NCBI GenBank assembly: GCA_043228905.1
Contig: JBHGNT010000030.1
Location: 273,773-337,772 of the forward strand
DNA: 64,000 nucleotides
Origin: Azolla caroliniana
Lineage: Eukaryota; Plantae; Polypodiophyta
Reading direction: 5' to 3'
Shown: piece after piece, positions 40,016 to 53,940 of the stretch
Layout of the letters: each line of letters opens with the position of its first letter
Numbering within the stretch: the stretch's first letter is position 1
The notes under the pieces: model-generated
Told to the model about the DNA's origin: nothing
The model's database searches: none
The model's input: only the letters and a program-made list of their open reading frames with translations
Made by a program: the position numbers and the translations under genes

Positions 40016-40733
40016 GGATATGTAATGACATATGCAGGGGGGGTTGTTTCGTGGCAGTCGAGGCTGCAGAAGACGGTTGCTTTGTCAACCACAGAGGCGG
40101 AGTACATGGCGGTTGTGGAAGCCGGCAAGGAAATATTATGGATGAAGGACTTCATCGGAGAGCTCGGTATCCGGCAAGATGAATACCGACTCTATTGCGA
40201 CAGTCAAAGTGCCATCCACCTTGCTAAGAATGCGACAGACCCGGTGAAGACCAGATGAGGAGTACCCGGCTTCGGAGAGCCGGATGGTACAGACCCGATG
40301 AAGACCGGATGAGGAGTACCCGGCTTCGGAGAGCCGGATGGTATAGACCCGGTGAAGACCGGATGAGGAGTACCCGGCTACGGAGAGCCGGATGATACAG
40401 ACCCGATGAAGGCCGGATGAGGAGTACCCGGCTACGGGGAGCCGGATGATACAGACCCGGTGAAGACCGGATGAGGAGTACCCGACTACGGAGAGCCGGA
40501 TGATACAGACCCGGTGAAGACCGGATGAGGAGTACCCGGCTACGAAGAGCCGGATGGTGCAGACCCGGTATGAACCGGATGAAGAGACATATTCGTAAAT
40601 ATGTTTTCTGAGAGTTCATCGAGGCTATATTTGTAAATAGCCGAAAAGTCCTCTTAGTATAAATATGACTTAGGGCAAACTTTTAGTGGTTGTTGTCATT
40701 TTCTGTTTTGCACGAGATTAGTGTGCGTAACTG

Positions 40734-40765
<32 letters not shown>

Positions 40766-42583
40766 TCGTTGCCTCTGTTGTAACCGCCGCCTGTGGCGAA
40801 GATCTGTGAGCACGAGGTCGTTGCCTCAGTGAACTCACTGTTGTACATTCTTACATAGTGACAGTTTGCAGCCTGTGGGCTGCCGTGGTTTTTCCCCTAG
40901 TTTGGGGTTTTCCACGTAAACCTCCTGTGTATCTTCCTCCTCTTTGTGTTGTGTTTTATTTCCCGTTTTTCTGTGTATCATTCTAAGTTCGGTTGTGGCC
41001 GAGCGTTGTGCATAAGGAACGTTGGGTTCCCGTCAAGTAGTGCTAGTACCTCATTGGCGAGAGGTACCTACAATGATGTTGCCTGGTGGATCAGCCCCTG
41101 GAAGGCATTCATGTGCTCCGCCATGCTGGAGCCATCTAGTTACCGGAGTCTTACTAGTTTCCGGAATACCGAAACCTGATTAACAGCATTTTTGTTTTGA
41201 AACATAATGTTGATCTTCTCCCAGAGCTCATGAGCCTTGCTCTCTTCATTGAAGTTGTTGTACATGCTCATGTTGATGAAGCACCGTATGTACGCCGTTG
41301 TCTTCATGTGCATCACCTCCCATATCGCGGCGTCGATTTTGTCCGATCTCTTGTCCCCGAACTGAACCAGTAGCCAGAGGTCTTTAACCACGAGCATGTC
41401 CCTCATCTTCGACTTCCACATTGAATAGTTGGAGCCGGTGAGCTTGAACATGCCTCCCAACGAATCGTCCATTTTTTGTGTCGTTTTGCTCTGATACCAC
41501 TTGACGGGAACTACAATGCTCCTTATGCGCAACGCTCAGCCACAACCGAGCTTAGAACCATACACAGAAAATGGGAAATAAAGAATGCACGACACGAAGA
41601 AGAGAAGAGTACACAGGGTGTTTACGTGGAAAACTCAAACTAAGGGAAAAAAACCACGACAGCCCACAGGCTGCAAACTATCACTATGTTAGAATGTACA
41701 ACAGTGAGTTCACGGAGGCAACGACCTCGTGCTCACGATCTTCGCCACATGCGGCGGTTACAACTGAGGCAACGACCTCTTCCTCTCTCTCACTCTCTCT
41801 GTACACAGTTACGCGCTCTGATCTCGCGCAGACAAGAATAACAACGACCTCATCAAAAGGTTTGCCCTAAGTCATATTTATACTAATATGACTTTTCGGC
41901 TATTTACAAATACAGCCATGATGGACTCTCAGAAAACATATTTACGAATATGTCTCTTCATCCGGTGAGCACTCCTCACCGGGTCTGCACCATCCGGCTC
42001 TCCGTAGTCGGGTACTCCTCATCCGGTTCTCACCGAGTCTGCACCATCCGGCTCTCCGTAGCCGGGTACTCCTCATCCGGTTCTCACCGGGTCTGCACCA
42101 TCCGGCTCTCCGTAGCCGGGTACTCCTCATCCGGTTCTCACCGAGTCTGCACCATCCGGCTCTCCGTAGCCGGGTACTCCTCATCCGGTTCTCACCGGGT
42201 CTGCACCATCCGGCTCTCCGTAGCCGAGTACTCGTCATACGGTTTCTTCAGCACTGTTCTTCTCTCTTCCCATCCGGAGGAACCTATCTCCCAACATTTA
42301 TCCCTAGAGAAGGTGAGGTCAAGCTTGTTGAACGAGGAAGCTCGTCAGAAGGCTAAAGAGGCAATTTCCGCCCCGAAGGCCTTAGTCACAGAAGGTGATA
42401 TGAATCGGGGAAGAGGCTGGAATAGAAGTCCCCAAAACCGAGAAAAGTCGGGGATGAGGTTGAAGTCAAGGGGAAGGCCCACATGCTTATACTGTGGGAA
42501 GCCGGGGCACTTCCAAAAGAATTGCCAACACTTTCGAAAGGAGAAATGGGGAGATGTCGGTACAAATCCAAAGAAAAAATTGG

Positions 42584-43250
42584 TGTTGTAGTGTACTTTG
42601 AACCTTGTACCTCCATGTTACTACTTTCAAGCCTTACCATTGTACCCGATTGACTAAGTATAAAGAAATAAGAGAAAATACTAAAATAATTATGTTACAT
42701 GCATAGGGCAAGATTTGAACCTTGTACCTCCATGTTACTACTTTCAAGCCTTACCATTGTACTAGCACATTATGAGTTTTAAAGTTACAGTAAATTTTAC
42801 CCCATGTAAATATTCTAGATAAGCATGCTAGAAAAAGTTATTCATGCATACACACTTGAGTTAAAAGAAAAGCATGATAGGAAAAGTTAATCATGGACAT
42901 GTAGTGTGCATGCACACTAGAGTTAGAAAAGGCATAATGCTTGAATGTGGTAAACTTAGTCTCTCCCATCACTATATAAGGGTGGGGAGCAAATTGTAAT
43001 GGGGGTTGATTCTTGGGTTTTTTATTACGATCTAAATATTGATTAATATAATACTTGTAGGATTCACAAATTTTGATCTCTTTTCTCAATTTACTCTAAA
43101 CTATTTCATTTACTAAGTCTATGATTTTAAATATGAAGTTAAACTAATTCACTATATTCGTGGGATTCACGAATTTCTATCTTTTTCTTCAATCTATTCA
43201 TATTATTATCTTCCTTAGAATTCTCCTCCTCATAGTCTAAAACCCCAACG
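42584..43250 (+). mobile_element. AT-rich insertion in Z gag, probable solo LTR of another family
   Basis: Starts TGTTG and ends CCAACG; TATA-like ctatataag near 42972; internal duplication of about 46 bp (42598 / 42715); no clear TSD. Confidence 0.5.
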
Positions 43251-46200
43251 GTTCTCACCCGACTCACGCAACGATCTGGCATCGAAAGGCACGACGGCAA
43301 TCGCGACAAGTGAAGAGGAATTTTTGCTCATCAATGAGCAAAGCGAACTAAATCTTGTCGACGATGAATCGACATGGGTGGTTGATTTGGGTGTGTCGTT
43401 TCATCTACCCCCGACCGAAAGTGCTTCTCATCATACAAGGCCAGAGACCACGGTCTTGTAAAGATGGGAAATGAAGGAGCATGTCGAATTGTTGGCATAG
43501 GTGATGTGTGTCTGGTGACATCGACTGGATGCATACTAGTGTTGAAGGATGTTCGACATATTCCAGAAGTCCGATTGAATCTAATAACAATCGGTCAACT
43601 GGATGATGAAGGCTACACAGGTAGCATCCGGAATGGTGTCATGAAGTTCTGCAAAGGGAGCCTGATTGTGGCTCGAGTATGTAAAACCAACATGTTGTAT
43701 CTTATGCATGCTCAAATATGTCGGGAAGAAGCGAATGTGGCAGCTGACACTATCTGTGGGATGTGGCACAACCTCTTGTGCCACATGAGCAAGAAGGGGA
43801 TGCGGAGACTTGCCAATGATGACCTCATTCTGGAGGTGAAGAACGTGCAACTCGAGAAGTGCACTGATTGCTTGGCTGGCAAGTAGAATAGAACCACCTT
43901 CCGAACTAGGGCCCCTACAAGGAAGAGAATGTTGTTGAAACTCGTGCATACCGACGTATGCTACTTAGATACTAAGTCGAATGCCATCTCACAATACTTT
44001 GTGACCTTCATTGATGATTGTAGTCGGAAGTTGTGAGCTTTCATCCTGAAGACCAAGGACCAAGTATTGTCGGTCTTCAAAGAGTTCCAAGTGAGAGTCG
44101 AACGAGAAACCGACTGACAACTTAAAGCATTCTGAGCAGATAACAATGAAGAATACCAAGGATAGGTCGAACAATATTGTCGGTCGAAGGGAATTCGACT
44201 CGTGTATATCATGCCAAAAACACCAGAACTAAACGGGCTAGTCGAGAGAATGAACCAGACCATTATGGAGAGGGTCCGAAGTATGTTAGCACACACCAAG
44301 TTGTCCAAGACATTCTGGGTTGAAGCACTGATGACAATAGTGTACTTGATAAATAGATCACCCTCAGCACCCTTTGACGGAGATGTTCCACAGAGAGTGT
44401 GGACCATCAAAGACGTGTCATACCGACATCTGAAGGTGTTTGATTGTCTTGCTTATGTGCATGTGGCTAAGGATCAAAGGGCAAAACTAGATCCGAAATC
44501 TCGGCCATGCATATTTCTGGGATTCAACGACGACGAATTTGGCTACCGACTATGGGACTTAGTCGACAATAAGGTCATTCAGAGCCGAGACATAGTCTTC
44601 ATGGAGGAGAAGACTATTGTCAACTGGGAGAAGGAGAAGTCAGATACATCTTCCCGAACATTTGGAAGTCAAAAGCCGACTAAAGAACATGAAGATCCTA
44701 GCAAGCCGGTTGAGGAAAACAAAGGAAGACGATACCCTCTGAGAGAGAGACGTGCCCCCCCAAAGTTTTCCAGATAAAGAATATGTGCTTCTAACCGATG
44801 AGGGGGATTCGGAAAACTTTGAGGAAGCAAAGAGGGACACCCACAACAGAGAGTGGTTGAGTGCTATGCAGGACGAGATGGATTCATTGCATGAGAACCA
44901 CACATACGAGGTGACGGAGCTACCGAAAGGAAAGAGAGCACTCCGAAACAAGTGGATGTATAAACTAAAACAGAGAGATGGTGGAAATCCACCCAGATAC
45001 AAAGCACAAATTGTCATAAATGGCTTTCAACAGAAGAAGGGTGTCTATTTCGACGAAATATTTGCCCCGGTAGTGAAGATGACATTCATCCAAACGGTGT
45101 TGAGCATAGCGACCAACATAGACCTTGAAGTCGAACAGTTGGATGTCAAGACAACTTTCCTGCATGTAGACCTTGAAGAGGAAATCTATATTATGCAGCA
45201 ACCAGAAGTATTCATCAAGAAAGGAAAGGGCCACCTGGTATGCCTGTTGATGAAGAGTTTGTACGGACTGAACAGGCTCCCCAACAATGGTACCAGAACT
45301 TCGAATCCTTCATGGTCGACAAAGGGTACCACAAAACGCAAGCCAACCATTGCATGTTTGTGAAGAAGTTCAACGGAGGAGACTTCCTAATCCTCTTGTT
45401 GTACGTGGACGACATGTTGATTGTCGGACGAGACCGTATGAAGATCGGAATGTTGAAGAACACCTTGAGCAGGTCATTCTCAGTGAAAGATATGGGTCCG
45501 GCAAGACAAATCTTGGGGATGCACATTACCGAGGACTAGACAAAGAAGTTATTATGGCTGTCACAAGAAAAATACGTTACGAAAGTGCTCCAAAGATTCG
45601 ACATGGAAAGCATGAAACCGGTCTGTTCAACACTCTCGACAAACAGTAAGCTATCAAACACATAAAGTCTGAAGACGAAGATAGAGAAAGCTGAGATGAC
45701 GAAGGTGCCCTATGCCTCAACAGTCGGAAGCCTAATGTACGCAATAATTTGCACCAAGCTGGACATTGGATATGCAGTCAGAGTCGTTCGCCGATTCGTG
45801 AGCAATCCTGGCAAAGAACATTTGGCAACAGTCAAGTGGATACTCCAAAACATGTGCTTCTGATTTGGTTCAGGTAAACCCCTTATTGGAAGGTTTTACC
45901 GACTCGGACGTGTCAATTGATGTAGATACCAGCCGGTCCACGTTCGGGTATATAATGACTTATGTAGGGGGGAGCCATCTCATGGCAGTCGAGGCTGCAG
46001 AAGGCCGCGGCGCTATCGACCACGAAAGATGAGAATATGGCAGTTGTAGAAGCCGGCAAGGAGATAATCTGGATGAAGGAGTTTATCAAAGAGTTGAGAG
46101 TTCGGCAAGATGAATTCAGACTCTACTGCAACACCCAAAGTGCCATCCATCTTTGCAAAGAATGTGACCTACCATTTAAGGACCAAGCACATCCAAAGCG

Positions 46201-47942
46201 GATATCATTGGCTACAAGAACAAGTAGAAGAAAATGAGTTTGCTTTGATGAAGATCCATACAGCAGAGAATGGATCCGACATGCTGACGAAGGTGTTGTC
46301 GGCAAAGAGGCATGATGCATGTCGGAGTCGAGTCGGACTGATGAAGTCCCAGTCCGGAGTGAAGGGGGAGTTTGTTGAGAAATAGGTCCCTCACAGGATG
46401 GGTGTAGCTCCGGATAAGAGAGAGGAAGCAGATGCCAGAGATGCAAGGAACATTGACACTTCCAGGTTAGTTTGTTCCTCTGTTTTTATTTGATTATGGC
46501 TGCTTTCACTCTCTCTTTCTGTAGCAAGAAGCATCTCACAGACTTGACATGGCGGTTAGGGTGAATGGGCCCTTTGATTCCCACATTAATTCGTGCATAA
46601 ATTTCCTGTCTTGAAAACGCATAGCTACAACAACTCTAGGTCATAGGAAGGTTTGAGATATGGCTTTTTGCCAGGAGATTTGATAGAGATATACATTAAT
46701 GATCATCTGAATATGTTTATGTTTATATATGGTTTTGCCTTTCTTTTGGTACTCATTGATGTAAGAGTTTTCTTTTGAAGAGTTTGCTTTCATTACACTC
46801 ATTGATGTTTGAATAAGCTCTTTTTTGGGATTTTGCATTGTACGTGACTAAGATTCTAGAGAACCCTTAACATCCATGATCCTTTCAATGGTTCATATTT
46901 GATGTGAAAGACAAATTGTAATCAGAGGAGATGATGCAGAGACAAGGATCCGTTTGCAGTTTGAATGGTCTCAAAAAGTGTGTGTGAAACAGCATGGTTT
47001 GATTGATTAAATTTGTTGGAAGTAACGGTTTTCTTTTTCTTTTTTGGTATCCCCTCTACTATTAGTCACATCCATCTCAGCCTGATTTTTGTCACCGCAG
47101 ATGTTCATCCTAGTAGATGATGCATTATAGAAGATGGGCATCCCTGCAGAGATGTGAGAACATGAATTTGATAATGAGGGTAATAGCATTTTGGATGAAG
47201 AGGATTTGGAAGGAATCCACAGTCTTAGCTGAACTTTGAAGCCCCCTAATGGACAGAAGATTTTCAGCATTTCATTTGGATTTTCTTTATCAAGAATTTA
47301 CTTAGGTATCAAAATTTATGTCTGAACTGCCTTGTGCAGCTATGTGCTACTTTTATATTATTCTTTGATTTAGGAAATTCAACTATTGATGTAGAATTTT
47401 GTTTAACAAATGTAAAACCCTGCTTCTTAAACAAAAAACTAACTCCTCGTGTGAGAAATAATCCTCACTGATTCGAACTGGAAAGCTTTTTCAAGTTTTT
47501 GGTTAATACAACTACTGCTATGAAGTGTTGCTTTTCATCCTTTGGAGTCACCTTGTTCTTCTGCCAAAACAAACGCATGTTCTCAAATGATTATCTCCTT
47601 GCTAATCATAACTGAGGCAGGAAATCAAACGGATTGTAGAACAATATGCTTTACTCTAAAGGTGTGAGGAGGCTAGAAATTTCTAGATTGTCAATTGTCA
47701 AAGGTGTTTGGAATCTTCCAGAAAGTTAATGGCAGTAAAAATCTTCTAGAAATACTTAACGTGGCAATATCATATTTTCATAGTCTTGAGAATCCTTGAT
47801 ATTTGCAATACTTGTAATTTTCATGACTTCATTGCCAGCAATTGAAATCTGGATTAGATTGACATAAGATTTGTTTTGTATGCATTTTCTATATGTACAT
47901 TTACAATGGTATTGTGGTTTACACGCAGATTGATCTAGAATA

Positions 47943-49458
47943 ATGGTTTCGTCCACACCAGATAATCAATTAGGCATACGGCTAATACTTACATCGGCTT
48001 CAGCCATTGTAGCCGAGGCTTCAACCTTTCCTATTGACATTACAAAAACTCGGTTACAATTACAAGATCTACATTGTGGAGTGAGAAAGGGAGCCATTAG
48101 AACAGCCATAGGTATCACACAAGAAGAAGGTTTTAGAGGTCTATATAAAGGTCTTCCACCTGCCTTATTGAGGCATGTCTTCTATACAAGTACTCGCATT
48201 GCCACCTATGAGCAACTCAGAACTATGATGGGCACCCAAGAAAGCAAGCATAATCAATCAATGGCTCATCATGCTTTACTTGGTGGCATATCTGGAATGG
48301 TTGGACAGGTACTTACATTTATTCATGCATCGCTATATGTCTATAGTTGGTCCAAATGCCCGTTTGTTACTAGTGTTGTCAGTAAGTGTATGTCTTGTGT
48401 TCAAATAATAATTTATCCAAATGCACATTTTTTGCCAGCATTGCCTTATATGCCTTATAATAGTTAGTCCAAACTCTTGGGCTGTGGAATTCTATGAAGC
48501 ATAAAAATGTTAGTTAACTGTTATTATTGTGATGATGTCAAAGTAAAAATAATAAAGTTTTTTTCCTGTAATGCGATGTTAATGTAAAAATATGCCTGCT
48601 TCTTCCAATAAAATAGAATTAGACTTGAAAAGTGTAATCTCAAAGTAAAAATATGATTGCTTATTCAAAGAAGTCTATTCCCAAAAGTATTAGACTTATT
48701 GCTTCAAATTTGGTTTGAAAAATGTTACCTCAAAGTAAACATATGAGCAATTTTTACAATTAATGCAGCATTATTACAGGCATCGTGTAAGATTAGACTT
48801 GAACCAGTTCTACCACTGCACCCGCACTTTAATATTTAATTGTAACTGATCTTATGCTTTAGAATGTAATGACTTGTATTTGCAATGCGTTTGAGATTCT
48901 ATTTGGTTGGTACAGGTAATTGCTAGTCCTGCTGATTTAGTGAAAGTGAGAATGCAATCGGACGGGCGCCTTGCATCACAAGGTCTTCCTGCCCGATACG
49001 TTGGCATCAGGCATGCATTCACTAAGATTGTAAAAGATGAAGGTTTTTTGGGTCTTTGGAAAGGTTTGGGTCCGAACGTCCAACGAGCTTTTCTTGTCAA
49101 TATGGGTGAGCTTGCATGCTATGATAAGTCAAAGCACTTCTTGATAAGCAACAAAGTTTGTCATGATAATGTTTATGCCCACACTTTGGCCTCCATGATG
49201 TCTGGACTCTGTGCTACAACACTAAGTTGTCCGGCTGATGTTATCAAGACGAGGATCATGAATCAAGCCTCTAGTGTGAATGATATTGCTCCATATAGAA
49301 ACTCTATTGATTGTTTATTTAAAACAGTTCAGAAAGAGGGTATTATGGCATTGTGGAAGGGTTTTTTCCCAACATGGGCTAGACTTGGACCATGGCAACT
49401 CATCTTTTGGGTTTCATACGAGCAGATGCGACAAGTTGCCGGAATGACATCCTTTTGA
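47943..49458 (+). CDS. UCP3: Mitochondrial uncoupling protein 3-like carrier (SLC25 family); exons 47943-48308 and 48916-49458; 302 aa
   Basis: Three PX[D/E]XX[K/R]X[R/K] motifs (PIDITKTR, PADLVKVR, PADVIKTR); GPNVQRAFLVNMGELACYD and KGFFPTWARLGPWQLIFWVSYE typical of plant PUMP3/UCP3; GT-AG phase-0 intron. Confidence 0.9.
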
Positions 49459-52400
49459 ATCATGAAGAAGTGAATCTAGAGAAATTCTCGATGCTCATCG
49501 TCACCTAATTTAATGATTGGTTTGCCAATGTTTACATGTGTATTATATCAGGTTACAAGGTTGGCCCCGTGGTTTATTTTCTTGCCCTCTGTGACAAACA
49601 ACAAGACTTGTTCGAGTTATGGGTTTGCTAGTGTTAACCACTAGTACGAAGATTGATCACTAAATTATTTTAGTCCTCCCTATTCCCAACAAACAATATC
49701 ATAGTCTTCTTATCTTTTCGTTAGGAAGCCAAGTGTCCATCCTTACCATGTTTAAAGGCATAACCTATGTGGTTTGCAACAATTTTAAGCATCTAAGGAA
49801 CAACAATTTTCGTGCCTTAAGATGTCGCTAACATTTGTGACCCTCATCATGATTCACTAAAGTCTTGCTATTTTTTGAATGATTGCTTACATTAAGAGGA
49901 TTGAAATTTGTTTGTCTACCATTTACAGGGGGAGCATTAAAAGTAAACATTTTTGTATGACATACTAGTCCAACAACCTCCTCATGACATTTTCTTTGTT
50001 TTCTCAAATGTGTGGCCTTGAAAAGAGATGGGATCCATATACTTTCTCAAATACTATATGTTTCTATGACCAAAGGAATTTTGGAATAAAAGTGTTTCCA
50101 TATTTTTGGAGCAAAGGAGCCTGTATTGTATTTTTTGATAACCTTTTATGTGTATCATCATTTTTCTATCAACAATCTCAATTTATGAAAAGAGCCCAGA
50201 ATAAATTTTGGACCACAACACAATCTTTTTTATATCAATGTTCATTGTTGTGAGAGATGCTACACTTTATTTTCCATCATTTTGCATTGTGTTGTACTTT
50301 GTCTACAAATAATTTGAATTCAATCACCATTGTGTATCGTGCGAAATGTTTGAGAAAAACTATGCTCATCCACTATACCACATGTCACATTTTCTTTATG
50401 AAGGGAATACAATATTCCCATAATTGCTTGTTATTCTTTAGTCATTGTTCAAAGCTTGTCATGCTTGTTCTTCCACTAGGTAAGCATTTGTGTCAATCCT
50501 CTTTCCTTTATTGACCATCTCCTTTTGATAATTTACATAAACCTAACTTTTCATTTGCCATCATTCTAGATGGATGGGGAGTTACTTTTCAATTTGACTT
50601 ATAATTGTTTGCTTCATATCATCTCCTTTAAATGCTAAGTTGGAAATGAGCATTGCAAAATGTAAAGAGCATAAGATCCAATGTTAGGATGAACAACTAG
50701 CAACAAATAAATTTGGAGAAGGAAATGTGATATCGTTGAGGAAAACACTTCATGTTCATGGCACTCATCCACCAATTAGCACATATCAACACAAATAATT
50801 TGGGAAGAAGAAGTGATTTCATTGTCTCTACAAAGGCAGTTGTAGGAGAAACATATAGTTTTTACATCCATGACATTCATTAGGTGATCACCTTATGGAG
50901 CTAGTTGACCTAGAATCAATGTTTTATATACATGTGAAGGGGGAGACATTATAGAATAAGGATGTGTTGTGTATTTACTAGAATATGTACATCGATATTT
51001 TAAAAAGTAAGCAACAAGAATATAACATGCTAGAAATTTCGTAGCATAGAGGAAGGCTTTCCAAGCTCTATAAAACAAGTAGTATGGAGAAGTATTTGAT
51101 GATTTGTGAAAAGTTTGGGGTTTTGAATATTGAGGCGTTTTTCCCGAAACGAATGTGACCAAATCAAGTTTTGAGTGCTTATTTCAAAACAGAAAAGGGG
51201 CAACAATAACAGATATTTTGAGTGTTTAAATTTCAGTGGAAAGTGAAGAGGGAAAAACCCCTCAAATGTTAAATTTTAAATGAGGAATTATATGCTAAAA
51301 GCACAAAGTGAAATTGTTGCTTTGTAGATCATGTAAAGGGCTTCAAAGTTCAAACATCCACAAATATATAAAACTCCAATATTGAAATTGCTATTAAAAT
51401 AAAGCTCGTGGTTTTTGCAACCTTAAAACAAATTATAAAAAAACTTGAATAGATTGCCTCTAGAGATCACAATAGTGTTGGCTTAACATATCAATTTCAT
51501 TGAGCCTTGCAAAGGTTGAAAAGAGTAGCAAGCCATATATTCAATGTATGTTTTCTCATTCTTCACTCAAATTGTTATTTTTTTAGAGAGAGTCTCTCTC
51601 GATATGAAGAAATGGAAAGGCATTCTTATGTGGAATTCCTGGGTGTTAGAGAATGTGGGAATCATTCCCTCAAACTTTCAAGTGCACTTTCAAGTTTTCT
51701 AATGGCTTTACAAGATGTCTCTCTAAGTTGTAACAAGTGGATTTTACGGACAATTAATATATTTGTGCACTTTTTGCAGATAGAGGGAGGGAGAGAGTTG
51801 TGTCATAGTTGAGACTGATGTTTCAAATAATATTTGTAGATTGTGAGATCATTACTTTGATACACTAAGGTGGTTGTAGTCCATGAGAGGTGAGATTGGT
51901 GTGACAATATATTACCTTTCTTATGTGTTTTCTCTTAGTGCAACAATATGTTCTACAATAGTATGCCCTTTCACTACTCTTTCCTTGTTCCTTACCATTC
52001 ACTCAAGTCATGCACAAATATATGCTTGGCCAAAGTGTGCCCTAATGTGATGATCTTGTTGTGAATAGGGACGTTTGTTTGTCTAGTTCAATATATGGAT
52101 AGGATGGTATCATTGATTCCACCTTTTTGGGAAGCCCTCAAATTGCTCTAGTAGTGAATGATATAATGAATAGGAAATCCGTACAAAAGTACAATGGAAT
52201 CATAAAACAAAGTTATGCGCAATGTTGGTTCAAGGATATAATATATAACTTACGACTATAATCATTTTCAAATGAGAGAGACGTTATCCATGTCATGAGC
52301 TTCACATTGAAAGGTTCTCGTCTGTGCACATTCGAAATGTAGTGTTGCTATTAAAAACAAATTGCCAACACGATGATGCGTAGATAGAAACTATTAAAGT

Positions 52401-52827
52401 AGCAACTAACATAGTACCAATAAGTGAATTTCCAAGGAATTCTAGATGTGACATATGAAGAGAATATTGAAAATATAATAAATAAAGACCAAGCACTTTT
52501 ATATTTCATCCTGTAAGTAATAAGTATACCAATACTAGCATGGAGTAGTAACTCAAAACAGTAACAAAAATGTTACTATTGTAACAGATACTATTAACAT
52601 ACATAGCATGAAACAATACCAACGGAACAATACCAACGGAACATACATACATTGCAATTGCATGCACAATGCATGGGGCATAAGAATGAGATAACATGAA
52701 CAAAATCGGATAAACGAAACAAACACGAGACCGGAACATGCAGACAAACACGCATTCGGGGTGTAAGAAAACGTTGGGTTTTTTTCCGAGAAGTAGCTTT
52801 GCGTTTTGTTCACTGAAAGGTGAGGCA

Positions 52828-52906
52828 AACCCTAAACCCTATAAAGTAAATCCTAAAGTACACCCTAAAGTAAACCCTAACCCCCGAACTAAACCCTAAA
52901 CCCAAA
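52828..52906 (+). repeat. Degenerate telomere-like (AAACCCT)n cluster upstream of DRP1
   Basis: aaaccctaaaccctata...aaaccctaac...aaaccctaaaccc. Confidence 0.7.
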
Positions 52907-53039
52907 AGTAAATTTGGCCGGCTTTCCAGGTGTGAAACGAGTTTGGGCACGTTGGTAAAGAAAATGAACGGCTTTTGGACACAATACCTGCTGAGCTGGA
53001 GGCCACCACTCCATCTCAGCATTTTTCCTCTCTTTGTCT

Positions 53040-53940
53040 TTTTTTCAAAAATAACGAGAAAACAAAGAAAATAAATAAAACAAGACGTGAAACAATAACT
53101 AAAACGAAATGCATAACGAGAAAAAGATTCAAAAAACAGGGAAATAATAAATAATAAATAAACGTACAAAAAAATCAAAACGAGATAAACCAAAAACAAT
53201 CATAGGTCCAAAAAAAAGCAAAAAAGCAAAAAAGCAACAAATCAAAAGCCAATAAATTAAAAATGAAAACAAAAATAAAAATGAAGATAAAAAGGAAAAT
53301 ATAAAAATGAAAAAATGAAAACAAAAAAATGAAAATGAAAATAAATAAACGTAAAAAATCAAAATGAGATAAACAAAACAACATTAACAAAACACAAGTC
53401 AAAATAAAAGCAAAAAAACAAAAGCCAATAAATTTAAAAATAAAACAGAAATAAAAATGAAGATAAAAATGAAAATGAAAAATGAAAAATAAAATAAAAA
53501 TGAAATAATAAAATAAAAATGAAGATAAAAATGAAAATGAAAATAGTAAAATAAAAAACGAAAAAAAAAATAAGCGTGAAAAAGAAGAAGAATCAAAACA
53601 GAAAATAAATATAATTCGATCATCAAAAAGAAAATAAAAATTCGAAAACTGTGAAGGAAAACGAGAGAGGAAATGCAAAGTTTGAATTCTGAGCTTCTAT
53701 CGTCTGCAGCGATTCTCTCCTTCTCTTTCTTCTTCTTCTTCTTCTTCTTCATCTTCTGCTTCGATCTCTCCATCTCCTCCGCTCTGTTGTTCATTCCTGC
53801 TCTCTTCCTTCTTCGAGAAGCTCCAGAACACGACTTATCTTTACTGTTAGTAGAAGAAGAAGAAGAAGAAGAAGAAACAGAAGAAGAAGAAACAGAAGAA
53901 GGAACAGAAGAAGAAGAAGAAGAAGAAACAGAAGAGGTTG
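53040..53940 (+). repeat. A-rich low-complexity tract followed by (TTC)n and (GAA)n microsatellites in the DRP1 promoter/5' UTR region
   Basis: AAAATG/AAAATA-like repeats 53040-53640; TTC run about 53725-53750; GAA run about 53852-53935. Confidence 0.85.

Larger units (their letters stand above)
22864..41035 (+). mobile_element. Ty1/copia element X2 inserted in X1 gag, interrupted by a chromovirus
   Basis: 5' LTR 22864-23679, PBS 23682-23693, TSD AGTAG (22859-22863 / 41036-41040); gag-pol 23709-26658 and 39047-40233; 3' LTR about 40234-41035, with its start, the PPT and the RNase H end deleted. Confidence 0.93.
18462..42296 (-). mobile_element. Ty1/copia element X1 inserted in Z gag, itself interrupted by X2
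   Basis: 5' LTR 41502-42296, PBS 41488-41499, 3' LTR 18462-19222, PPT 19223-19235, TSD TTTAT (18457-18461 / 42297-42301); coding pieces about 41472-41036 and 22863-19233. Confidence 0.93.
17720..46450 (+). mobile_element. Old degenerate Ty1/copia element Z, base of the five-level nest (pieces about 17720-18461 and 42297-46450)
   Basis: Partial 5' LTR ending 17929, PBS 17933-17942, gag ATG 17946; resumes after the X1 TSD as LSLEKVRSSLLNEE; decayed PR/IN/RT/RH to about 46360; PPT gtgaagggggagtt then 3' LTR start at 46373 (end not resolved). Confidence 0.85.

Noticed and set aside
49500-52500. Possible decayed DNA transposon between UCP3-like and DRP1
   Set aside because: No terminal inverted repeats, TSD or transposase motif could be established by eye; a repeat-library search is needed.
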